Shown here: positions 49,431 to 56,788 of the stretch, in pieces
Position numbering within the stretch: position 1 is the first letter of the stretch
Layout of the letters: each line of letters begins with the position of its first letter
DNA from: Spongiibacteraceae bacterium
GTDB lineage: Bacteria; Pseudomonadota; Gammaproteobacteria; Pseudomonadales; CAMLJR01
Direction of reading: 5' to 3'
Assembly (NCBI GenBank): GCA_043786385.1
Contig: JAYVWC010000013.1
Coordinates: 722 to 64,721, forward strand
DNA length: 64,000 nucleotides
Made by a program: the position numbers and the translations under genes
Notes under the pieces: model-generated
What the model was told of the DNA's origin: nothing
Databases searched by the model: none
Seen by the model: the letters and a program-made list of their open reading frames with translations, nothing else

Positions 49431-49682
49431 ATGCACGAAGTTCTTTTACTACGCTGGTGCCAAGCCGGCATTATCCTCTGCGGCATATTGCTGATCCTGA
49501 TCGGCAGCGGCGTGCAAATACGCTGGCTGCACGCGGCAGTGCTGGTGGTGGCGAGCGGCGTGATCGCCGGGCTGCTGTACGAAGGCCGCCGCCGGTTGCG
49601 CGGTGAAGGCGATGGTCTAGTGGCGATGTTATTACCGCTGGCCGGTGGTCTCTCCGGCATGTTTGCGCTGCTGCATGCCTAG
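49431..49682 (+). CDS. Small hydrophobic protein (~3 TM segments), first gene behind the SOS promoter
   Basis: G-rich RBS-like GGGGTGAG; three hydrophobic stretches; ends 55 nt before the dinB ATG. Confidence 0.55.
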   Translation: MHEVLLLRWCQAGIILCGILLILIGSGVQIRWLHAAVLVVASGVIAGLLYEGRRRLRGEGDGLVAMLLPLAGGLSGMFALLHA

Positions 49683-49721
49683 CTTGTTCATGCCTAGCTT
49701 GCCCATGCCTAGTTTGTACAT
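49674..49721. repeat. Three 15-bp tandem repeats
   Basis: CATGCCTAGCTTGTT / CATGCCTAGCTTGCC / CATGCCTAGTTTGTA. Confidence 0.85.
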
Positions 49722-49737
49722 AGGGAGTTTTAGAGCG

Positions 49738-50820
49738 ATGACCGACGTCGGTAGCAACGCGAATCCGCCGCAGCGGAAAATTATCCACTGCGATTGCGAT
49801 TGTTTTTATGCAGCAGTCGAGATGCGCGACGATCCCTCGCTGCGCGAGCGTCCCGTTGCGGTTGGCGGCCAGCCGCAGCAGCGCGGCGTGATCGCAACCT
49901 GCAACTATGTGGCGCGGCGCTTCGGCGTGCATTCGGCGATGGCCACTGCGCAGGCGTTGAAGCGCTGCCCGGGGCTGATCGTATTGCCGCCCGCGATGGA
50001 TAAATACCGCGCTGCCTCGGCGCAAATTCTAGCGATTTATCGCGATTATACTGATCGGGTCGAGCCGCTATCGCTCGACGAAGCGTTTCTCGATGTCACG
50101 CATTCGCCAAACTTAAAAGGCAGCGCCACGCTGATGGCGCAGGAGATTCGCGCGCGCATCGAGCGTAGCGTCGGCATCACCGCATCGGCCGGCGTGGCGC
50201 CCAATAAATTTCTCGCGAAAATCGCCAGCGAGTGGCATAAGCCGAACGGTCAGCTCGTCATTAAACCCGAGCAGATCGATACCTTTGTCGCCGCGTTGCC
50301 GATTGAAAAATTATTCGGTGTCGGCCGCGTCACTGCCGAAAAACTCAAACAATTAGGCGCGCACACCTGCGCTGATTTGCGGTGCTGGTCGATGCTCGAA
50401 CTGCAGCGTAATTTCGGCAAATTTGGCGAGCGCTTGTTCGAGCTATGTCGCGGCATCGATCGGCGCGAAGTGTGCTCGCTGCGCGAACCGAAATCGATCA
50501 GCGTCGAGCAAACCTATGCAGTCGATATTCCGACGGTAGACCGCTGCAAACAATATCTCCCGCAATTGATCGAGCAATTGTCGGCGCGCGTACAGCGCGC
50601 AAATACCGAGCGCACCGCCAATAAATTATTTCTCAAAATCCGCTTTGCAAATTTTCAACAAACGACGGTCGAGTGCAGCGGCGCGCCATCGCAATCGGCA
50701 CTATTCGAAAAATTGTTGGAAACCGGTTTCGAGCGTGGCCGCCAACCCGTGCGGTTGCTCGGCGTCGGCGTGCGTTTGAGTGAAGATAATGCGACACGAC
50801 AATTACCGTTGTTTGGCTAA
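49738..50820 (+). CDS. dinB: DNA polymerase IV
   Basis: RKIIHCDCDCFYAAVE, TCNYVARRFGV, SLDEAFLD and NKFLAKIAS...KPNG motifs; ATG 49738 follows AGGGAG. Confidence 0.96.
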   Translation: MTDVGSNANPPQRKIIHCDCDCFYAAVEMRDDPSLRERPVAVGGQPQQRGVIATCNYVARRFGVHSAMATAQALKRCPGLIVLPPAMDKYRAASAQILAIYRDYTDRVEPLSLDEAFLDVTHSPNLKGSATLMAQEIRARIERSVGITASAGVAPNKFLAKIASEWHKPNGQLVIKPEQIDTFVAALPIEKLFGVGRVTAEKLKQLGAHTCADLRCWSMLELQRNFGKFGERLFELCRGIDRREVCSLREPKSISVEQTYAVDIPTVDRCKQYLPQLIEQLSARVQRANTERTANKLFLKIRFANFQQTTVECSGAPSQSALFEKLLETGFERGRQPVRLLGVGVRLSEDNATRQLPLFG

Positions 50821-50905
50821 CTGCCAAGAAATGACGCTGTCGGCAGCGCAATCGAAAACGCACGATAGCTGTAGCTAGGATTCCCGCGTAACAAGCATTT
50901 GTTCT

Positions 50906-50932
50906 TAATGCGCAGCGAGCGCCGGCCGCTAT
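50906..50932 (+). promoter_or_regulatory. Possible FliA (sigma28) promoter
   Basis: TAAT-N15-GCCGCTAT versus consensus TAAA-N15-GCCGATAA, 30 nt before the DUF5610-like ORF. Confidence 0.3.
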
Positions 50933-50962
50933 TAGGGGTACTTTGCGCGGGAGTTCGCCATT

Positions 50963-52279
50963 ATGCATATCAATACACCTCACTTCGGCAGCGGTCGTTT
51001 TCATACCACCGACTTTGAACCACGTAATCGCCAGGTTTCGTCCGAGCAAGCTTCGTTGCTCAATGCATCGAACAATCAGGCGCCGACTACGCTCGCGCCG
51101 GTCGATGCGGTCGCCACAGTGGCGAAGCCGACGTTCGATGACGCAGCGGTTTCCAAATCGATACTCTCCTTTGTGCAGCAAAGGCTCAGCAAAGCGGCCG
51201 AGCAGGGCGCCTCGAAGGAGCAGCTCGGCAACTTGTTGGCGCAGGCGCGCGATGGTGTTGCTGCCGGGTTTGATCAGGCGATCAAGCAACTTAACGATAC
51301 CGGTGCGCTCAATGACGTCTTGAGCAGCGGCATCAGTGCCGCATTACAGAAAGTCGATAGCGGGCTCGATAATCTGGCAAAAGAGTTTGGCTTGTCGAGC
51401 AATGCCGATACCGCAGCGAACACCGTGTCGAGTGTTGCGCCGAATACCACATCGAATACAACGCAGAGCGCGCCGTCTAATACCGCGACTAATACGGTGG
51501 CAACTTCGCAGGCCGATTCACTGGGTCAATTGGCCGCTTCGTATCAGGCCAGTTTTTCCAGCAACCAAAGTGTCGATCTAATCGTGCAAACGGCCGACGG
51601 CGATACCGTGCATTTGCAGTTGGGCGTGCGCGATAAGCAATCGATTAGCGCCAGCTATCAAGCCAACGCCGATGGCCAGCAACTGACGATTTCCACGCGC
51701 GAAAAAAGCAGTGCGCGCTTAAATATTTCGGTGGACGGCAACTTGGATGCCGGCGAGCTGAAGGCGCTCAGCGATTTACTCGATAAAGTCGGCAGCTTGG
51801 CCGATAGTTTTTTCAGCGGCGATGTCGGCAGTGCGCTGCAACAGGCCGGATCGCTCGATTTCAGCAATCCCGAATTGAGTTCATTGTCGTTGAATTTGCA
51901 CAGCGAAGTGCGCAGCAAAGCGCAAGTGGCTGCGTATCAACAAGTGCAGTCGTTAGATGATAATGCGTCGAGCAAAACTACCGCTGCGCCAGCTTTATCC
52001 GGGCCATCTACTGTAGGGCTCTCTACAGTAGGGCTCTCTACAGTAGAGCTTGGCGATTTAGCCAATGCGTTAACGTCGCTGGTGCCGAAAGCAACGCTGG
52101 CAAATAATTCCGCGAGTTTATTGAAGCAATTATTGGCGGCGCAACTCGGCGCGACGAATCAACAAAATAATCCGCTGTTACATTTTGCCAATCGGTTGTT
52201 GAGCGCGTTGGGGGCCGATGCGGCGCCATCGGTGAGCACGCCCGTCGCGAGTAACGCAGCGGTTGATTCTTCGGTTTAA
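50963..52279 (+). CDS. DUF5610-like protein
   Basis: SILSFV...ARDGVAAGFDQA N-terminal motif; TADGDTV and VDGNLDAGEL..L..LADSFFSGD C-terminal region; Ser/Thr/Ala-rich. Confidence 0.7.
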   Translation: MHINTPHFGSGRFHTTDFEPRNRQVSSEQASLLNASNNQAPTTLAPVDAVATVAKPTFDDAAVSKSILSFVQQRLSKAAEQGASKEQLGNLLAQARDGVAAGFDQAIKQLNDTGALNDVLSSGISAALQKVDSGLDNLAKEFGLSSNADTAANTVSSVAPNTTSNTTQSAPSNTATNTVATSQADSLGQLAASYQASFSSNQSVDLIVQTADGDTVHLQLGVRDKQSISASYQANADGQQLTISTREKSSARLNISVDGNLDAGELKALSDLLDKVGSLADSFFSGDVGSALQQAGSLDFSNPELSSLSLNLHSEVRSKAQVAAYQQVQSLDDNASSKTTAAPALSGPSTVGLSTVGLSTVELGDLANALTSLVPKATLANNSASLLKQLLAAQLGATNQQNNPLLHFANRLLSALGADAAPSVSTPVASNAAVDSSV

Positions 52280-52378
52280 TTAATCGATTGTGTGTTCATA
52301 ATAAATTTTTGGATATTGTATTTTAGGGTGTAGGTGGGTAAGGTCGATGCCATAAGAGCAGGCTGAGTGCAGCCGGTT

Positions 52379-52409
52379 GCTGGCGGTGAGTTGCAAACTC
52401 ACAGCCAGC
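52379..52409. other. 31-bp imperfect inverted repeat just upstream of the WYL gene
   Basis: GCTGGC-G-GTGAGTT-GCA-AACTCAC-A-GCCAGC; no U-tract. Confidence 0.6.
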
Positions 52410-52427
52410 GATGTTGCCGACTACTGA

Positions 52428-53399
52428 ATGGAAGCCATGGCTAAACTCGACCACCTACAGCAATTACATCGCCTATTGAAAAGCCACCGGCGCCCCGTCC
52501 CTCTGGCGAAGTTAGCCGAGCGTATGGAGTGCTCCGAACGCACCGTACGGCGCACCATCGATAACATGAAAGATTTTTTCGATGCGCCGATCGAGTATGT
52601 TGCGGAGGCCAATGGCTGGCAGTATGCCGCACAAAACGGCGATCAATTCGAACTGCCGGGGTTGTGGTTGACCAGTGCCGAATTGCAATCGCTGACGTTA
52701 TTGCTGCACGTGCTCGAAAGTTTTGGCAACGGTCTGTTGAATCAAGAGCTGGCCACGGTTGAGAAGCAAATTAATCAGCTGCTGGAAGCCCGGCAGATCA
52801 GCCCAAGCGCCTTTGCCGAGCATATTAAGGTGTTGCCTCTTGGCAATCGTCAGGTGCCTGGCAAAATATTTCAGCAAGTCGGCGAGGCCTTGTTGCAGCG
52901 GCGGCAATTGACCATTCGCTACAAAAGTTATTCGCATCAAATCAGCAATCGCAGTATCAGCCCGCAGACGTTGGTATATTACCGCGAGAATTGGTACCTC
53001 GATGCGTGGTGTCATTTGCGCAACGATCTGCGTACCTTCTCGCTCGCACGTATCGAAACCACAGAAAAATCCGACGCCAAAGCCAGCACGATTTCACGCG
53101 AACAACTGCAACAGCATTTCAGCGAAAGTTACGGCATCTTTGCCGGTAAAGGCGGCCACACCGCCAAGCTGCGCTTTTTGCCCGAAATCGCCCGCGAAAT
53201 TGCGCTACAACAATGGCATCCGCAGCAACAAGGCGAATGGGACGGCAACGATTATCTGCTCAGCTTTCCCTACAGCGATGCGCGCGAATTGATCGGCGAT
53301 ATTCTGCGCCATCTACCCAACGTAGTCGTAGAGGCACCGTCAAGCCTGAAAAATGCCATCTACCGCCGGCTACAAAGTGCGCTGGAGTTGTATAAATAG
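52428..53399 (+). CDS. HTH-WYL-WCX transcriptional regulator (YafY/PafC-like)
   Basis: N-terminal wHTH (LAERMECSERTVRR); RSISPQTL...NWYLDAWC...RTFSLARI WYL domain; C-terminal VVEAPSSL. Confidence 0.93.
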   Translation: MEAMAKLDHLQQLHRLLKSHRRPVPLAKLAERMECSERTVRRTIDNMKDFFDAPIEYVAEANGWQYAAQNGDQFELPGLWLTSAELQSLTLLLHVLESFGNGLLNQELATVEKQINQLLEARQISPSAFAEHIKVLPLGNRQVPGKIFQQVGEALLQRRQLTIRYKSYSHQISNRSISPQTLVYYRENWYLDAWCHLRNDLRTFSLARIETTEKSDAKASTISREQLQQHFSESYGIFAGKGGHTAKLRFLPEIAREIALQQWHPQQQGEWDGNDYLLSFPYSDARELIGDILRHLPNVVVEAPSSLKNAIYRRLQSALELYK

Positions 53400-53418
53400 C
53401 GAAGTGAAAAATAAATAG

Positions 53419-53434
53419 CTGGATAAACAGCCAG
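53419..53434. promoter_or_regulatory. Putative LexA box upstream of cas3
   Basis: CTGGATAAACAGCCAG fits CTG-N10-CAG with CTGG/CCAG arms. Confidence 0.5.
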
Positions 53435-53447
53435 GACAGCTTTTGTC
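53435..53447. promoter_or_regulatory. Palindrome GACA-N5-TGTC, putative WYL regulator site
   Basis: GACAGCTTTTGTC, between the WYL stop and cas3. Confidence 0.45.
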
Positions 53448-53488
53448 AGGGCGGCGATATACAGTGCTCCGCAATGAGATGAACAACC

Positions 53489-53567
53489 GTAGGGGCAGAC
53501 CTATGTGTCTGCCCGGATATTCAAGCGCACGACAATCATTCGTAGGGGCAGGCCCCCGTGCCTGCCC
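53489..53567 (+). repeat. Two GTAG-family REP-like palindromes in direct orientation
   Basis: GTAGGGGCAGACCTATGTGTCTGCCC (53489-53514) and GTAGGGGCAGGCCCCCGTGCCTGCCC (53542-53567), with a compensatory stem change. Confidence 0.75.
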
Positions 53568-53585
53568 ATTTTGGTGGAAAAGAGT

Positions 53586-56057
53586 ATGACGGATCAATTT
53601 ATTGCGCATCCAGGGCAATCGCTGGAAGACCATTTGCGTGGCGTGGGTGACAAAGCAAAAGGTTTTGCGGCCAAGCTGGGTCTAGCTGAGCAAGGCGAAC
53701 TGATTGGTCTGTTGCATGACTTGGGTAAATACAGTCAGGAGTTCCAGAGCTATATCGGGTCGGCGACCGGTTTGATTAATCCAGACGAAGACGATTACGT
53801 TGATGCTGGCGTACTAAAAGGCAAGGTTGATCACTCGACTGCTGGCGCGCAATACATCTGGGAAGCTCTTTCTGCTAAGGGTGAGCTGGAGAAAATTGTT
53901 GCCCAAATACTCGCTCTATGTATTGCTTCCCATCACTCTGGGTTAATTGATTGCATATCGGCAGAAACCAATAATTTTGGTGAAGACACTTTTAACAAGC
54001 GCATGCGAAAAATTCGAGAAAAAACTCATATTGACGAAGTTTCTCAAGTTGTCGATCCGAATATTAATTCTCGATGTCAGCATTTGCTTGAAAACAGCGA
54101 AACAATTGAGGGAATAAAGAGTTTAATCGGTCAACTGATGCGCGCTAATACAAAGAATGGTCAGATGAACATGTGCGTGGCGCAGCAGCAAATTGGACTC
54201 GCTGTCAGATTTCTGTTCAGCTGTTTGATCGATGCGGATAGGATCGATACAGCAGATTCCGAACGAAAAAAAGTGCGGAATTATCGTCCGCTAGGTATTT
54301 ATACGGCGTGGTCTGTATTGGTTGAGCGTTTAGAGAGTCATTTGCAACGGCTTTCCCCTCGAAATCCCATTGACGGACTTCGCAACGATATATCTCAGCA
54401 CTGCCTTTCCGCTGCGTCGCGTAGCAACGGGGTCTTTACGCTGACAGTGCCAACGGGTGGTGGTAAAACATTGGCGAGCTTGCGTTTCGCTCTGCATCAT
54501 GCGGCTCGGAGAAAGTTGGACCGAGTAATTTATATCATCCCGTTTACATCAATCATCGACCAAAATGCGCGCGTGGTACGGGATATTTTGGAGCCAAAGG
54601 GGGCTGAAGGCGATTTAGGTAAGATGGTTTTGGAGCATCATTCAAGTTTGACACCGGAGCAGCAAACATGGCGTGAAAAGATTCTGTGTGAAAGTTGGGA
54701 TGCGCCAGTTATCTATACAACGATGGTCCAATTTCTTGAAACATTATTCGGGTCTGGTACGCGTGGCGCGAGAAGGATGCATCAATTGGCAAATTCCGTT
54801 CTGATATTCGATGAAATTCAGACGCTGCCAATAAATTGTGTTCATCTTTTCAATAACGCGATTAATTTTCTTGCAGAGCAATGCAATAGTACCGTTGTGC
54901 TTTGCACAGCGACACAGCCATTACTAAATAAGGTTAACCCGCTAAAAGGCGCAATTCGCCTGCACGAACAGCATGAAATAATGCCCGACGTGCATCAATT
55001 GTTTGAACAATTAAAACGGGTTGATGTGCGCGATCAACGTAAACCTGGCGGATGGAGTTATATCGAAGCCGCACAGCTGGCATTGAGTGAAGTCGAGCGC
55101 GCGGGTAGCTGCCTCGTCATTGTTAATACCAAAGATGCAGCCAAGGAGGTGTATGCCGTAGCGAGAGAGTGCTTGCCGAGTAAGGAAATTTATCATCTCA
55201 GCACCGATATGTGCCCACGGCATAGAAAACTAATACTTGCTCTCGTTAGGCGGCGCTTGAGGCGTAAGCAGCGCACATTGTGTGTTAGTACTCAGCTAAT
55301 CGAAGCCGGAGTTGATATTGATTTTGACGTAGTGATTCGTTCCTTGGCCGGACTGGACTCGATTGCACAAGCCGCTGGTCGCTGTAATCGAAATGGCATT
55401 CATGAGGCCGGTGTTGTGCATGTGATTAATTTACCGAGTGAGCGATTGGAGAAGTTGCCAAGTATTTTACAGGGACAAAACAATGCGCAACGGGTCATTG
55501 ATGACTACAGAGATGCACCCTTGCGCTACGGTAGAAATTTACTAGGGCCAGAGGCTTTGCGTGATTATTACCAATACTATTTTTTTGACAGGCAGAATGA
55601 GATGTCATATTCGATTTCTCCGCCAGTGGTAGGCGAGACTGACACTCTACTCAATTTATTGGCCGAGAATGGGCAGGCAGTAAACGAGTACGGATCACGC
55701 CAAGGAGCAAAGCCGGATATCTTCTTGAAGCAGGCTTTTATGACGGCGGCTAAAGCATTTAAATCGATTGATGCACCAACTCAAGGTGTGATTGTTCCGT
55801 ATGGAAGGGAAGGAAAAAAGCTGATTGGTGATCTTGGTGCTGCTTTTGAGGTTGAAAAACAATACGATTTATTAAAGGTGGCGCAGCAGTATACGGTTAA
55901 TGTTTTTCCGCACGTGATGGAAAAACTACGGAAGGAAAAAGCAATTTACCCGATACAAGAAGGTGTAAATATCATGCACCTAGATTCGCGTTACTACAGT
56001 AATGAGTTCGGTCTATCGGCTGATCCAGTTTCAAAAATGCAAAATGGAGTTGTGTAA
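53586..56057 (+). CDS. cas3: CRISPR-associated helicase/nuclease Cas3 (type I-C)
   Basis: EDHL and LHDLGK (HD domain), PTGGGKT, DEIQ, TATQP, STQLIEAGVD and QAAGRCNRNG. Start set to ATG 53586, after the REPs. Confidence 0.96.
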   Translation: MTDQFIAHPGQSLEDHLRGVGDKAKGFAAKLGLAEQGELIGLLHDLGKYSQEFQSYIGSATGLINPDEDDYVDAGVLKGKVDHSTAGAQYIWEALSAKGELEKIVAQILALCIASHHSGLIDCISAETNNFGEDTFNKRMRKIREKTHIDEVSQVVDPNINSRCQHLLENSETIEGIKSLIGQLMRANTKNGQMNMCVAQQQIGLAVRFLFSCLIDADRIDTADSERKKVRNYRPLGIYTAWSVLVERLESHLQRLSPRNPIDGLRNDISQHCLSAASRSNGVFTLTVPTGGGKTLASLRFALHHAARRKLDRVIYIIPFTSIIDQNARVVRDILEPKGAEGDLGKMVLEHHSSLTPEQQTWREKILCESWDAPVIYTTMVQFLETLFGSGTRGARRMHQLANSVLIFDEIQTLPINCVHLFNNAINFLAEQCNSTVVLCTATQPLLNKVNPLKGAIRLHEQHEIMPDVHQLFEQLKRVDVRDQRKPGGWSYIEAAQLALSEVERAGSCLVIVNTKDAAKEVYAVARECLPSKEIYHLSTDMCPRHRKLILALVRRRLRRKQRTLCVSTQLIEAGVDIDFDVVIRSLAGLDSIAQAAGRCNRNGIHEAGVVHVINLPSERLEKLPSILQGQNNAQRVIDDYRDAPLRYGRNLLGPEALRDYYQYYFFDRQNEMSYSISPPVVGETDTLLNLLAENGQAVNEYGSRQGAKPDIFLKQAFMTAAKAFKSIDAPTQGVIVPYGREGKKLIGDLGAAFEVEKQYDLLKVAQQYTVNVFPHVMEKLRKEKAIYPIQEGVNIMHLDSRYYSNEFGLSADPVSKMQNGVV

Positions 56058-56788
56058 TGATTGAATTACCAAAAAATACCATTGAGTTCAGGGTGTGGGC
56101 GCGGCATGCGTTATTTACCGATCCGTTGACAAAGGTTGGTGGTGAAAAGTGTTCGTACCATGTTCCTACCTATGAGGCCCTTAAAGGGATTGCAAAATCC
56201 ATTTACTGGAAGCCAACTTTGATTTGGGTAATTGATGAAGTGCGAGTGATGAAGCGTATTCGCACACAAACCAAGGGCACCAAGCCACTTAAATATAGTG
56301 GTGGTAATGATTTATCCATTTATACCTTCTTGGCCGATGTTGAGTATCAAGTAAGAGCTCATTTTGAATGGAATATGCAGCGTCAAGAGTTATCAGCAGA
56401 TCGAGTTGATGGCAAGCATTTCGCTATAGCCAAGCGAACCTTAGAGCGCGGAGGTCGGCAGGATATATTTTTAGGTACGCGCGATTGTCAGGGTTATGTC
56501 GAGCCTTGTGAGTTTGGCTCGGGTGCTGGCCACTACGATGATGCAGGAGAGTTGAGTTTTGGTCTGATGTTTCATGGGTTTGATTATCCCGATGAGTGTG
56601 GTGGCAAGGCTTTGTATAAACGCCTTTGGCGGCAAACCATGATAAATGGCGCGATTAAATTTTCGCGACCAGAGGCAGATTGCATGGTCAAATCTGCGGT
56701 GCGTGACATGGGTGTTAAGTCCTTCGGTGTGGAGAGTAATCTTCGCTCTGTGGATGAGGAATTGAGTGAGTTGGGAGCGTTGCTATGA
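56057..56788 (+). CDS. cas5: Cas5c (Cas5d) crRNA-processing subunit
   Basis: ALFTDP, SYHVPTYEALKGI..IYWKP and FLGTRDC motifs. Confidence 0.95.
   Translation: MIELPKNTIEFRVWARHALFTDPLTKVGGEKCSYHVPTYEALKGIAKSIYWKPTLIWVIDEVRVMKRIRTQTKGTKPLKYSGGNDLSIYTFLADVEYQVRAHFEWNMQRQELSADRVDGKHFAIAKRTLERGGRQDIFLGTRDCQGYVEPCEFGSGAGHYDDAGELSFGLMFHGFDYPDECGGKALYKRLWRQTMINGAIKFSRPEADCMVKSAVRDMGVKSFGVESNLRSVDEELSELGALL

Noticed and set aside
53489-53567. Repeat-spacer-repeat before cas3 as a CreA/CreR-like mini-CRISPR
   Set aside because: The units lack the ATTGAAAC handle and do not resemble the array repeat; GTAG plus palindrome fits REP elements better. No target for the 27-nt intervening sequence was seen.
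53505-53585. N-terminal extension of Cas3 in the ORF track (similar extensions for cas7, dinB and several EPS genes)
   Set aside because: The extension runs through REP hairpins or upstream genes; downstream ATGs match family starts and RBS positions.
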